Assembly (NCBI RefSeq): GCF_009914755.1
Contig: NC_060927.1
Direction: 5' to 3' (one strand)
Origin: the human T2T-CHM13v2.0 reference genome, Homo sapiens
Length of the DNA: 64,000 nucleotides
Of this stretch, positions 28,931 to 45,010 are shown in pieces. The notes beneath the pieces were generated by a model. That model did no database searches. It was not told the origin of the DNA and saw only the letters and a program-made list of their open reading frames with translations. Both the position numbers and the translations under genes were made by a program. Numbering within the stretch: the first letter of the stretch is position 1; each line of letters begins with the position of its first letter.

Positions 28931-29266
28931 TTTTTTTTTTTTCTTTTTTTTTTTTTAAGAGATGGAGTCTCGCTTTGTCACCCAGGCTGGAGTACAGTGG
29001 TGCAATCTGGGCTCACACACAGAGTTTTTTATGTTCTCATAAAAAAACTCTGCCTCCCAGGTTCTAGCAATTCTCCTGCCTCAGCCTCCCGAGTAGCTGG
29101 GATTATAGGTGCATGTTGCCATGCCCAGCTAATTTTTTTGTATTTTAGTAGAGACGGGGTTTCACTGTGTTGCCCAGGCTGGTCTTGAACTTCTGAGCTC
29201 AGGCAATCCACCTGCCTTGGCCTCCCAAAGTGTTAGGATTACAGGCGTGAGCCACCGCTCCCAGCC
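28931..29266 (-). mobile_element. Alu (S-like) with a foreign fold-back insert at 29017-29047
   Basis: Alu dimer; TSD gatag(g/a)tagtttt. Confidence 0.93.
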
Positions 29267-29448
29267 GATAGATAGTTTTCTTACTTGTTAAACTGGGATG
29301 ACTGTGACGATGCTATTTAATAGTATGGGTGTAGAATTCTTTAATCATCTGAGTAGCAATCCAAGTTTATCTTCTAGACTTCAGAGAAGGCCACTATAAA
29401 ATAATGAAAACAGATATATTTTGTTTTACTTTAAAAACTTAAACTTTT

Positions 29449-29777
<329 letters not shown>

Positions 29778-30065
29778 TCACATGCAGTTCTAAGAAATAA
29801 CACAGCCCATGTATCCTTTACCCAATTTTCTCCAATGGTAACATCTTACAAGACTATAGTACAATATCACAATGAGGATATTAACCCCAATAGTCAAGTT
29901 ACAGAACATTCCTATCACCACGAGGATACCTCATGTTGCCCATTTATAGCCCCACTGAATCCCTCTTACCCTTACTCATTCTTAAATCTTGGCAATCACC
30001 AATCTATTACATGTCTATAACTCTGTCATTGCAAGAATATTATATAAATAGAATCATATAGTATA

Positions 30066-30521
30066 TGTATTAGAGTTCTCCAGAGAAATAGAAGCAATAT
30101 AATGTGTGTATATATGGAGAGACTTACTTTAAGGAATTGCTGACATAGTTATGGAGGCTTGGTGAGTTCAATATCTGATGGGAGAAGCTGGTAGGCTGGA
30201 GACTCAAGAAAGACTTGCATTTGAGTCTAAAGGCAGTCTGCTGGAAAACCAGGAAGAGCAGATGTTGTACACAAAGTCCAGAGGCAGTCTGCTAGAAAAT
30301 TCCTTCTTGCTCAGGGATGTCATCCTTTTATTCTATTAGGCTTTCAATGGATTGGATGCGGCCCACTCACATTATAGAGGATAATCTGATTTCCTCAAAA
30401 TTCACTGGCTTAAATGTAAATATCATCTAAAAACATCTTTACAGAAACATCCAGAATAATGTTTGACAAATATCTGGACACCATGGTTCAGTCAAGTTGA
30501 CACATACAGTTAAGGATCACA
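30066..30521 (-). mobile_element. MLT2 (ERVL) solo LTR nested in L1
   Basis: tgtattagagttctccagagaaa...gtcaagttgacacat..gatcaca; TSD gtata/gtatg. Confidence 0.85.
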
Positions 30522-31404
30522 GTATGTAACCTTAGAGATTGGCTGTTTTCACTCAGTGAAATTCCTTCGAGATGCATCCAACTTGTTGTGCATATCGTTA
30601 GCTTGTTCCTTTTTATTACTGAGTAATATTCAATGGTATGGATAGATCACAGTTTATCCTTTTACCTTTGAAGGACATCTGGGTTGTTTCCATTTTTTTG
30701 CTATTAGAAATAAAGCTAATGTAAGTATTTGTATAAAAAACTCTGCGTGTGAATATAAATCTTTTCTTTGGGATAAATGCAATTGTTGGGTTATATGTGG
30801 TAGTTGCTTGTTGAGTTTTTTAAGAAATTGCCATACTGTTTCTAAAATGGCTGTCCCATTTTCCCACCAGCAATAAATGAATGATTCAGTTTTTCTGGCT
30901 GGGATTACAGGTGCATGCTGCCATGCCCAGCCAACATTTGATTTTCATTATTTTTTATTTTAGTCATTCTGAAATGTATGTAGTGATATCTTATTGTGGT
31001 TTTAATTTGCATTTCTTTAATGGCCAGTGATGTTGGACATATTTTTATTTGCTTATTTGACATCTGTATATTCTCTCTGGTGAAATGTCTTTTGATTATT
31101 TGTTAATTGAATTTTTTGTTGTTATTTGGGGTTTGTGCGTGTGTGTGTGTATTTTTTAGTTTTAACAGTTCTTTATATATTTTAGATACTAGTTTTTTGT
31201 TGGATATGTGGTTGGCAAGTATTTTCTTTCACTCCATAGCTTGTCTTTTCCTCCTTTTAGGAGGATCTTTCACCACGTAAACAATTTTAATTTTGATGAA
31301 GTCCAATTTATAAATTTTTCTTTTTATGGATTTTGCTTTTGGTATCAGATTTAAGAACTTTTTGCCTGGCCCTAGTTTATGAAGATTTTTCTCCTAAGTT
31401 ATGC

Positions 31405-31735
31405 TTTGCTTTGCTTCGCTTCTCTTCTCTTCTCTTTTTTTTGACTGGGTCTTGCTCTGTCACCCGGGCTAGAGTGCAGTGGCGCGATCTCGGCTCACTG
31501 CAACCCAACCTCCGCCCTCCAGGTTCAAGCGATTCTCCCTGCCTCAGCCTTCCAAGTAGCTGGGATTATAGGCACCTGTCATCACTCCTGGTTAATTTTT
31601 TTTTTTTTGGTGTTTTTAATAGAGATGGGGTTTCACTATGTTGATCAGGCTGGTCTTGAACTCCTGACCTCGTGATCTGCCCGCTTTGGCCTCCCAAAGT
31701 GCTGGGATTACAGGCGTGAGCCACCGCGCCCAGCC
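31405..31735 (-). mobile_element. Alu (S-like) nested in L1
   Basis: Alu dimer ending gagccaccgcgcccagcc. Confidence 0.93.
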
Positions 31736-32264
31736 TATTATAGTTTTATATTTTATATGTAAGTCTATGATTCATTTTGAGTTCTTTAAAATATGAGGTA
31801 TGAGAACTGGGTTGAGGTTCGCTTTTTGCCTGTGGATGTCCAGTTGCTGCAGCACCATTTGTTGAACAGGCTCTCTTTCCTTCACTGAATTGCTTTTGTA
31901 CTTTTGCTAAAATCAGCTAGGCATTATTTATGTGAGTCTATTTCTGGTTTCTCTTTTCTGTTCCATTGATCTATGTGTCTATCCCTCTGCCAATACCAAG
32001 AGTCTTAATTATTGTAGCTATATATAATAAGTCTTGAAATGTGGTAGGCTGATTTCTCTCACTTTATTCCTTTTTTTCTGAAAAAGTTTTTTTTTTACCT
32101 TTATAAATTTTAGACAACTTGTATGTATCTACAAAACGTTTTGCTGGGATTTTGATAGGAATTGCATTAAACCTGTATATCAATTTGGGGAGAATTGACA
32201 TCTTTACTGTGTTGAGTCTTCCAAACCATGAACATACTCTTCATTTATTTAGATCTTTGATTTC

Positions 32265-32588
32265 TTTTCCCTTTCCTTTCCTTTTTCCTGTTTTTCTTTC
32301 ACTTTTGTGACAGGGTCTGGTTCTGTCTCCAGGCTGGAGTGCAGTAGCATGATCTGGGCTCACTGCAGCCTCTTGTCTCCCAGGCTCAAGCCATCCTTCC
32401 ACCTCAGCCTTCCGAGTAGCTGGGACCACAAGTGCGCATTACCACACCTGGATAATTTTTGTATTCTTTTGTCGAAACACATGATTTTGCCATGTTGCCC
32501 AGACTAGTTTTGAACTCCTGAGCTCAAGTGATCAGCCTGCCTTAACCTCCCAAAGTGCTGGGATTACAGGTGAACCACTGCGCCCTGC
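32265..32588 (-). mobile_element. Alu (J-like) nested in L1
   Basis: gacagggtct...ggctcactgcagcctc...cccaaagtgctgggattacagg. Confidence 0.92.
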
Positions 32589-35500
32589 TCCTTTGATTTT
32601 TTTGATCGTTTTTTAAATTTTCAACATACCAAGTCTTGTACATGTTTTGTTAGGTTTACACACTTAACTCTTATTTTTCTCAGTGATTTTGTGTTTTTAA
32701 TTTTGGTATCCACATAGTCACTGCTAGAATATAGAAGTAAAAATCATTTTTATGTGTTCATTGTGTACCCTGAAACCTTGCTGAACTCACTTATTAGTTC
32801 TAGAAGTTTTTGATAGATTCCTTGGGATTTTTTATGTAGACAATCATGTCATCCAAAAATAGGGAGAGTTTTATTTGTCCTTTCTGATCTATATGATTTT
32901 TATGTCCTTTTCTCGCCTTGTAATATTGGCTACAACATTTAGCACTTAGGTTGAGTACGGATGATGACAGTGGACATTCTTGCCTTGTTCCCAGTCTTAG
33001 GGGAAAGCATTTAGTCTTTCTACGTATAATGTTAGTTGTAGGTTTTTTGTAGATGTTCGTTATCAAGTTTAGGGTTTTTCTTTTTTTTTTTTCTAAGAGT
33101 TTTTTACAAATCATGAATGAGACTTGAACTTTGTTAAATGCTTTTTCCACATCAACTGATATGATCATGATTTTTCTTCTTTAACCTGTTGATATGGTGA
33201 ATTACATTGATTGATTTTAAAATATTGAATCAGACTTGTTTCTCTGAAATAAGATCTACTTGCTCATGATATATACTTTTAATATATTGCTGACTTCTAT
33301 TTGCTAATATTTTGTTAAGGATTTTTACAACCATATTCATGAGGTATATAGTTTTCTTTTTTAGAACTGTCTGGTTTGGCATCAGGGTAATACTAGCTTC
33401 ATAAAATGAATTTGGGAGTCATCCCTTCTCTTTAATTTTTTGAGGTTGTATAAAATTGATGTTTGGTAGGATTCTCTAGTGAAACAATCTGAGTCTGGAG
33501 ATTTCTTTTTGGTGGATTTTAAATTACAGGTTCACTTTCTTTAATAGTTAGAAGACTAATAGAGTATCTATTTCATATTGGATGAGTTGCAGTATTTTGT
33601 TTTTAAAGGAGAAGTGGTGCATTTTGTGTATGTTGTCAAACTTATATATAGGGTTGTTCCTAGTATTCTGTTATCATTCTTTTGATGTCTGCAGGGTCTG
33701 TAGTGATATACTTTGTTATATTCCTGATACTGGTAATTTGTGTCTTCTCTCTTTTTTTGTCAGTCTTTCTAGAATTTTGTAAATTTATTAATTTTTTCCA
33801 AAGAACTAGCTCTTTGTTTCATTGATTTTCTCTATTGTTTTTCTATTTTCAATGTCATTGATTTTTGCTTTTGTCTTTATTAGTTCCTTCTGCTTGCTTA
33901 GGTTTATTTTGTACCTCTTTTTCTAGGTTCTTGAGATAGGAGCTTAAGTAAGTGATAGAGACTTTTCCTCTTTTCTAGTGTATGCATTTGGTGCTATAAT
34001 TTTCCCACTTAGCACTGCTTCACACATTTTGACATGTTATATTTCAATTTTAATTCAGTTTACTGTATTTTTAAATTTTCCTTGAGACTTCCTCTGGTCC
34101 ATGTATTATTTTAGAAGTGTGTTGTTTCATTTTCAAGTGTTTGGAGATTTTCTAGTTGTTGATTTCTCGTTTGATTCCATTGTAGTCAGAGAGAGCACTC
34201 TGTATGACTTCAGTTCTTTTAAATTTGTTGAGGTTTGTTTTATGTCCCAGGATATGATTTATCTTTGTATATAGATCATATATACAATATATACAGCAAT
34301 GGCTCTTGCTGAAGCTTGCCAGGAGACCTTGCCACCCTTTGCTCTCTCAAGGTCCACCTGGAGTCAGTGTTTCACTTCTACCTCTGTGTTCTTCATGCTC
34401 TCTGAGCACCTGAAAAGAATATGTATTCTGCTTTTGTTGGGTAGAATGTTCTATCGATGATTAGAGCCCATTAATTGATAATATTTTTTATTTCTTTTAC
34501 TTCTTTGTTCTAATTGTTCTATCACTTGTTGAGATAAGGGTGTTGAAGTCTACAACTATGATTGTGGATTTGTCTGTTATTGCCAGGTTTAGTTAGAAGT
34601 CCAGGTTGTCCATTCAGCCTCCACTGACACCCAGGGTAGGGGAAAGTTCCTCATTAATGCTGGGCAAGGGTGGGACTTCCAGCTCCCCACGTGGCCTCCA
34701 CTGATACTGTAATGGGGATAGCCTGAGTACTGATGGACAATGGTGAAATTCCTGACTCTCCACTAGGCCTTCTCTGATAGCATTCTTGAGGGAGACATAG
34801 GGGTGCTTTGTTACTTTTAGTGGGAGTAGAAGCCCAGGCTCCCCACAATGTTTCCACTGATATCATCGGAGGGGAGCCTTATCCGAATGAGGATGAAAGT
34901 TCTGGCTCCCTTGTTGGACACCACCCTGGCAGAGATATTGGGGTGTCTTTGCTACAGCCTCATGAGGGTGGAAGTTTAGGCTCCTTACTTGGTCTTTGAT
35001 AGGTAGGGGAAGAACCACCATATTTTCTTTGGTGATTGGATGGAATAAAGCAGTTATGGCTAGAAGTTTTCAGCCTTGCTAAATTTTCCCTTTCCCTGTC
35101 CTTTGGCTAGGGAGAGCAGGTTTTGAGGGGATTTTTTTGTCTATGCCCAATTAGTATTTCCGGGTTGCTGGATTCTTCAATTCAAAGCCTAGGATATACG
35201 AGGCAAAAAGGAAACGCAGGGAATTCACCACTGTTCCTCAGGTCTTGAGAGTCTAGTCAGACTTCTACTCTCCATCTTTCATAGTCTTCTTCTATTTATT
35301 TTATATTAACATCCAGGGTTTTTAGTTGTAGTTAGATGAAAAAATAGGGAAAAATATATCTACTCCATCTTCCCAGGAGTGGAAGCCTTGATCCACTTTT
35401 AAAAGCCTTTTAGGGAAAGAAACCTAATTAATTACAAATCAAACATGAACAAACAAAAGACCAAATCAAACCAAACTAAGATAAAACAAACAGAAAACCT

Positions 35501-35669
35501 TTATGGCATTGAATCTAACTTTTCTTGGTGCAGCTTCTTCATAGAAGAATTGAGATGTTGTTGTTTTTCATTCTTTGGTTTTTCGTACATCATATGCAGC
35601 AATAATATGTAGGGGAAGGACAATGGGCTAAGGAAGTAGATAATTGTGAGCTCAATACTAATCTCCCTG

Positions 35670-36890
35670 CCAGTGCTAGATGATTAGATACCAACTGCCT
35701 ACTGAACATTTTTACTTGAATGTCTAGTAGGTACAATCACAATTTTATCATAAATAAACAGAACTCTTGCTCCCTCCATTTTCTATCCTGAAACTGCTTC
35801 CTCACAAGCTTTTTCTAGTTTGTTAAATGGCACCAACAATTATTCCAAATCAGGTACTACAGCCAATCCACTATACCTTCAGAAAAGTTCTGTTCACTGT
35901 ACCTTCCAGATATACCCTGAATCTGACCACATCTTACCATCACCTTAGTTCAAAAGCCTTGAGTATCGCAATAATCTTCTAACTCCTCTCCTGTCTCAAC
36001 TCTTGCTTCCCTTCAGTTTATTTTCCTCATAATTGTCAGAGGATGTTGAAAAAAATAAATTAGGAAACACTTCCCTGCTTACAGTTCTTTGCTTTTTATA
36101 TAAATGAGAATAAATCAAAATGCCTAACTTTACAAGGCCTGAGCGATTTGATTCCTTGCTTACTTTTCTAATATCTCCTTCTACCTTCACCTTTGTTCAT
36201 CTTGCTGCAGACTCCCCATTGCTTTTGCATACCCAGTTAGCTTCCCTCTGTCTGGAACACTCTTCCAGGATGAATGCCTCATTGTCTTAATTTAGGTCTT
36301 AATTCAGATATTTGCCCTTTAGAGAGGCCTCTATGACCACCCTAGCTTAAGACAGCACCCTTTCTCCAGTCACTTCTATCATAATTACCCTACTGTGACT
36401 TTTTCATTGCATTTATTAGTATCTGAGATCATCTTATTCGTTTCCATGTTTATTTTTGTTCTCCCCACCCCCAGTACAATATAAGTTCTTTGAAGAATAG
36501 TCTCTATCTATTATGCTCACTGTTGTGTTCTTAGCCCCTGTGATCTTACTGGTACACACAGTAGGTGCTCATAAAAGATTTACTTATTGACTTCAGGGGT
36601 TTCCTGGGAGTGTTACATTTGTTGGTTAATTCATAGTTATGCAATATACAAAATTTGCCAGAATCCCTTTCTACTTTATAATGGAGTAGTTTGTCTGGGT
36701 TTCAATCCCAGTTCCATCATGTTTAGCTAATTAAAAATCTCTCTGATAAGAGTTTCCTTATCTGTAAAATAGGGCACCTAACAGTGCCTCCTTCATAGGA
36801 TGATAAGGGTTAAATGAGTTAGTACATGTAAAGTGTCTTGAATGCTTGGAACAGTGCCAGGCCTGTAATAAGTATTTGCTGCTGTTATTA
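35670..36890 (+). mobile_element. L2 fragment followed by MIR
   Basis: ccaactgcctactgaacat..., cacagtaggtgctcataaa; MIR agtttccttatctgtaaaataggg. Confidence 0.65.
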
Positions 36891-38745
36891 TTAGTACTAA
36901 ATGTAGGCTACGTTTCATTAAAGGGCACCTTCATTTTAAAAGTTTTCAATAAGAACACTGGAAAAGCAAATGGATCTGAAGAAAAGATGGTTCAGGAATT
37001 CCCTGACCCTGGTCAAAATATTGGAAACTACAGTATTTATTTCCTTTTTAATCAATGACAGAATTTGTCTCAGGAAGCAGTTAAAACACAATCTCTTGCC
37101 TACTGTGAGAGAAGGGAAAGAAGATTCAATTAATTAGTACAGACTTCCCACTGAGGGGTTACTAATGAGCAACTTCAAACCTTGGAAGAGCCTATAGGAC
37201 CTCAGCATCCTCCCACTATAGCATTTGTCCAACGGTGAAAGATTCTGATGTTATCTTCAACACTTAGACAAACAGCCAGCAAGGCCAGTGGCAGCTTCAC
37301 CAAGGAGCCAGGAGATGGAAAGTAAGCAACACCCAAATTCCTACCACCTCTTTCTAAACTGTTGAGCACCTACCATACTTCAGAACTTCACACGCATTGT
37401 CATTTTATCCCCATAACACCGTATGAGTAAGATAGTACTCTTATTTCCCAGAGAAGACCATGGGACAACATTTAAGGATCTGTCCCAAAGTTCTATGGCT
37501 AATCATTGGCAAAGCTGCGATTATCCATTCAGCCCTTCAACAAATATTTATAGATTATCTTTTATGTGCCAGGACTAGAGATAGCAGTGAACCAATCACA
37601 TAAGATTCCTGTCTTTCAGGAATTTACATTTAATAGGAATGGGGATCCATGTTTTAGAGCCTATGCTAAGAGCACCTCAAATTTTCCCAAATGGTAACCT
37701 ATGGGAGATGAAATGGGAAATTGACAGTGGAAATTGACAGAAATATATTGGAGCAGTTAACGGCAACCATAGCAGCCACCAATATTTATTGAACACTTCC
37801 TAGGTACCAGTTCTTGTAGGCTGTAGTGACAACTGGGAAGGAAATAGACACAACCCCTGTGCTCATAGAACTTTCCAAAAATGTTGGCAAACTTAATTGC
37901 TTTACAAGGCCAGGCAGGTAATATAAAGGATTAAAATGCCTACACACTATATTCTTTCAACAGAGATATGCTTTGTTTATTAAACGACTACACATACTCT
38001 GCTTTTTCAAAGAAATATGCTTTTATTCTTAAAATGCAAGGCTTTTCTTGGTCTATCTTTTGTTTTCCTAATTTCATTGGAGACATTCCATCTCATTTTC
38101 CTCTTTACTATGGGTAAAACAGCAGCACACATATGGTGATGAAAGGCAGCTGACACTTGGCCTCAGCCTCACAGAGTAAGAGAGAGATGTTGGCTTTGTG
38201 ACAAACTGGAGAGGCTGCTGCTCCCTCCTTCTGAGGTGGTGCAGTTGGTACCCAATCCAGATGGTTTTACCATCCAAGACCAGGAGATTTGTGTTGCCAG
38301 AGCAAATGAAAGCCATAAGTGAATGGTGAGTTGATTATTTTGGATTCTCCCAGAACAGGTGAACCTAAGACAAAAAGAAGGAGAAAATCTGAGGGGGGTG
38401 GGTGTTTAAAGGCAGGAATTGTCTGAGCATGTTCTCTTTCCCTGGAATCCTCCAAGGATGGCTCTAGGGCTATAGATTCTAGAAACGATTCATACCTTAT
38501 AATCTAGATTTTCTAGTCCATGTTATTTACTAAGTGTGTTTTCCTTCTGTTATCCCTATTCCTCTAGAAAAGCTTCCAGGGGGAACTAAGAGATGAGTCA
38601 ATGCCCACACCACAGGGCTAAAGGGAGAAGCCGAGGGTCCAGTGTCAGGATGGTGAATTTTTGGAGACTTGAGTTAGTGCTGTAGTTCTAGCCACCTCAC
38701 CTCATGTGGGGACTCTTGCTTTATTGCTAATTTGGGGGATGTGGG

Positions 38746-39112
<367 letters not shown>

Positions 39113-39912
39113 TAAGCAGGGAATTAAGAACAAGTGATGTGAAATACAAAAATCTTGATTCTCCCATCCACATTCACTTGGGTATTCCCACATGCAGTAA
39201 AAGATTCCTGAAAGTCCAAGTCTTTCAGATTCAGTGTAGTTGCACTGAAACAAATTACTAGAACCATGGTTTTTCGTGTGTTGTTATGTTAATGATGATT
39301 CTCATAACACTAATAATTCTATAGACTTTCACACTTATAATAAATGCTATCTCATGGGATTCTCACAGTATACTCTGAAATAGGTATTATTCTCATTTTG
39401 TAGGTGAGGAAACTGGTATTCAAAATAGTTTAGTGATTTGTTCAATGTCACATGATTAGATAGTGTCAAAGTTCCATATAAGCCCACATGTATGACTTTA
39501 GATCTTTCTGCTATATATCACTATCTTTGTTACTGTCTGGAAGCCAGTTATAAAGATTATCCTTCATGTGATCCACACCACAGTGAATGTTTGGCTCTCT
39601 ATGCATTTATATACTGTTGTTATCTGAATTACAAAACAATTAATAACTGGATTCTTGATCATTATAGGTGGAAATAGACAATTGTTTAAACTACAAAATC
39701 ATGAACATGTTTTCCACCAGATCTTCCTCTTTTCCCAGTCTCACCCACAATCCAAACAGAAATTTACCTGTTGTATGTAGCTACTCATACGCTAAGAATT
39801 CCTATGATATCTTTCCATGAGGAAAGATAAAATGAGGACTTTATTGAATGCATTAAAGTGGTGCACTTGAGATGATACAGTTTTAGAAGACACTGCTTTT
39901 GAATAAAGATAA

Positions 39913-40353
<441 letters not shown>

Positions 40354-43300
40354 AATTAGATAGATCCTGATTTCTTAGAGTAGATCTTAGGGATAAATAA
40401 GCCAATAACAACTAAAGCGTGAGCTTTGATGTGTAGACTTGAGGGATAGGATTTGGTAAAGAGAAGATAACTTGTCTGACAGTAGTGTGAATGTGAGTTG
40501 GGTGGGGCACTGGGTGGAAGGGGAGAGAGAAAGGACACCAAAAAGAATGGAGGTTGGGTCTCTGGGAGAGCCTGCTGATGCTGGCATATTGTTTCGTGTA
40601 GGTGACACTCTGGGACTTATACTGACCTCTTGGAGTTCCCCCAGCAGCGAACCTTGGTAGGGGTCCAGGGAGGTGAAGTTGTGGTCCGAGAGCATCATGA
40701 GCTGTATCTCTAGCCACATCCATGCAGTGGGGAGCCTGCTAGAACCTTAGAGTGTCCTGTGCTGGAACTAAGAGGGGAGAACATGGAGCTGGTTGTTGAT
40801 ACCAATTCTGTCTGTGGCCCCCAATAAATAGGCCTGTTTCCTTTATTTCTTCCCCCCTGCCCCACCTCATTTTAAACTTACCTAGAATTGAGTCAATTCA
40901 TTGGAACTATGTAGGTGGATTACTAAGGAATTCATGGATTCTTCTGGCTATCTTAGTGGTCACCTGGACAGACTCAGACAATAGAAGGTGACTAAACCCG
41001 ATTTACATAAGAGGCCCCTGAGATCTCTCTTTCTCTCTTTTTAAAGCAATCTGGTGATTTTAATGTATGTAAATCTACTTTAATAAAAATTAAATAATTA
41101 TTAATGTTTTGAAGGCTTAAATGGGAGGTTATATCTTATAGACAAAATAAAAATAAACAAGTGAAAACATTTAGAAAATGAGAAATCCAGGAGCTGTAAT
41201 ATGTGAATAATACAATAATAGATGCAGAATGCAAAGACAGAATATAAAGAGAAGTGATGATTACAGCAAGGGAAAAATAAGGAAATAAAAAGACTTGACT
41301 CTTCTTTACTCTAAGGAACAACATGCATCTCCGGATATAAAAGTATTTTCTGAGTCTTATGCTGGCTGGCTGGCTTGCTGGCTTGCTGAATGAATGCATA
41401 TATACTTATATACATACATACACAGAAGACACAAACCTAAGGCTGATCTGGTAAATGATGCAAATCCAAATTAAGAAATTAAGTCTTATAATGTTCTATA
41501 TAAAGAGGGCATATTACATGGGAAGAGAAGCAAGAAAATTTTTTCTCCCCCATGGTCTCAGTGTAGCTTTATTGAAAATTAAGTCACAAATTACAACACT
41601 CATTGGGGAAGATTTGCCTTCCTCTCAATTACAGTTAATAGAAGAAAATTAATGTAGCAATTAATGTGGCCTTTATTAAGGGCCACAGCTTAATAAAGGT
41701 TTGCTATTCCTGTGTTTAAACTCTTGGGCCATAACTTACATAAGAAACACACAAAAAATAGATTGCTTAACATTTTAAGCGTTCTAGTTATTTTCACACA
41801 TGCCATATTTATTGAAAAGGACAGAATACATTGAATTTTACAGTATATTAAACTTCATCTAATTTGAACGTAAGACTGGCAAAATAAATGACCAACTTCT
41901 GAAACAGAAATTACTATTTGATTAGTGCCATTACAGAGCTGCTGGCATTTTATCATGTTCTTTTAAAAAAAATGTAGTAAGAACACTTAACAGGAGGTCA
42001 ATCCTCTTAACAAATTTTTCAGTGTACACTACATTATTGTTGACTATAGATTCTGTGGGCCCTCTTGAGCACATCCCAAAGGCAGACCTCTGTCCACCAG
42101 GTGCAAGGCAAAGGAAGCAGCCCTGGTCTCTGCGACTGTCATGGAAAGGGGTGGTGACTCCAGCTTTCCACTGACCCACTGTGGGGCTACAGGTACCAGA
42201 TGGAAAACTACCTAATAGCTTATATATGAGTAGGTGCCGTTCCTACCTTTTAATTACTTCTCCTTTCCAAAATATTTACTTCATTTTAATAGCAAATTAA
42301 ACACAAATACATGAGGCCATTCTCACTGGGAAAATTTTATAAAGTACAGATAAAACTAAAATGAACCTCTGTTGCCCCCTTGACAAGATGCATCCTCAGA
42401 GGTCATCTCTGTTTTTGGTTTGGTGAGTATGTTTCCAATTCACCATCCTCTTTGAACTTTCTGGACTTGTTTCACTAGTTTCTGTTATGATGAGGTTTTT
42501 ATTTCATTACTTCACAAGAAGCTTCCTATTAGTTTGCTCTTCTCAGTACGCCATGAAGTCTGTATACAAGTGATGTCCAATTCCTCAGTCCAAGCTCAGA
42601 TGTCTGAATACCCTTTCCCAGCACCCTTGCTTGTTTAAGAGACAGCATGAGAAAAAGATCAGCTGTGTTACTCCTTCTTCCAGGCCAGATGATTCTGGTT
42701 GACTCCCTTACCTTGTGGACTATGGCTTTGGAAAGGAAGAAGTGTACCCTTCTTAGAATGGTTTTATATCTCTTCTGAACCCAAAGCATCTTGTAAAATG
42801 GAGTTCATATTCACAAGGGTTTGGAGCACTAGACTAGGGTCAAGAGACCTGGTTTTGTCCTCCCTCTGCAAGGGTTGGGCTATTTGATTATGGGAAAGTC
42901 TTGCTTAACCACTCTGCTCTTTATCTGTAAAACAAAGTAAATAATCTCTAAGTGTCCTCACTTGCAAAATGGGGATAGCATCTGATTCATGGGATTGCTG
43001 TGAGGATTAAATATGATAGTGGGGATATATTGCTTAGGACAAAGCCCAGCACATAGTAATTACCTGTAAATATCAGCTGTTATTGTTTTTCTGCTCTGTT
43101 TCCATGATTCTTTGTTCTTAATTTAACATCCTCTCCAAAAATTAATATGGGGTCCTGTGACCCTCTGGGGTGACTAGCCAGGCGACCTCTACTATTTTTT
43201 TTTTTTTTTTTTTTTTTGTCCTGGAGCTTATGATATTTGGCAATAAAGGCAGTTTTCATTAAAGGAGCTAGGGGCCACTTACTGAGTGGTCAGTCCCCTG

Positions 43301-43525
43301 GATTTGTACTATTATGTCGTGGAGGTTTGACAATCTGTGGCAAATTCCTTTGACACGTGTATCTATGGCAGTGTTTCAGCAAACACTGTCCTAATTAAGT
43401 AATCACAGGGCGGTTCAATCTAAATTGAATGGTGCTGCTTCATGCAGAAAATTTTTGTTTGCAATACTTGAGTCATCTCAGTTTAAATTAAATCTATTAA
43501 GATTCTCTGTCTAACCATTTTTCAA

Positions 43526-43601
43526 ACTCCTGACCTCGTGATCCGCCTGCCTCGGCCTCCCGAAGTGCTGGGATTACAGGCATGAACCACCACGCCCGGC
43601 C
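43526..43601 (-). mobile_element. Tailless Alu 5' fragment with perfect 16-bp TSD
   Basis: First ~76 nt of Alu flanked by tctaaccatttttcaa at 43510 and 43602. Confidence 0.93.
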
Positions 43602-44211
43602 TCTAACCATTTTTCAATCAAATGTGCCGAAATGACCACAAGTGCTCTGCAGGGCACCTTTCTGAGTTTGTGTGTCTTTAATGTCTGTGGGTTAATCATT
43701 TTCAGATAGTGTTTGTGCTATTTTCCACCACTGCCTTCTATACCAGTTACTGCTGATTTGCAGGGTGCTGAGGGAGGCTTATGAAGTTGACATAAAAAGT
43801 GGGATCGAAGATCATGAGGTTATTGTTGAGGTTTAACAAACAATGTTGGTCCATGTTGTTGACCAATAGGTCACCAATAAAAGAAGCAGTGTCAGGGAGA
43901 AGCGATTCTTGTGTTAGCTGTTTGTCAGACACAGAGGAGTTCCAGGAATGTACTGTAACAAGCAGATGGTGCAACTCGGTGGTGGACAAGTTGTTGACTC
44001 AGGCATTCTGGCTCTTTTCAGAGACATTGAGAGTCAGTAGCAAGACTAGTAAAAGTAAGACAAAATAGAATTTCCCTCTCCCTTACACCTTAAAGTCACC
44101 TCCTCTGTTGGAGCAGAGCAAGTGGATTTGATCAAGTACTTTGTGGTGGATGGTGGGGAGAGGAAGCAGTCCTTTCCTTTTTTTCAGTGATTCAAATTAG
44201 AGTAAAAAATT

Positions 44212-44658
<447 letters not shown>

Positions 44659-44661
44659 CTA

Positions 44662-45010
<349 letters not shown>

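Noticed and set aside
32800-33168. Reverse-transcriptase-like ORF as an active or novel RT system
   Set aside because: Frameshifted, degenerate L1 ORF2 remnant inside an old element interrupted by Alus.
43747-44068. Overlapping 80-aa and 89-aa ORFs in unique sequence
   Set aside because: No recognisable homology or clear splice context; lengths expected by chance.
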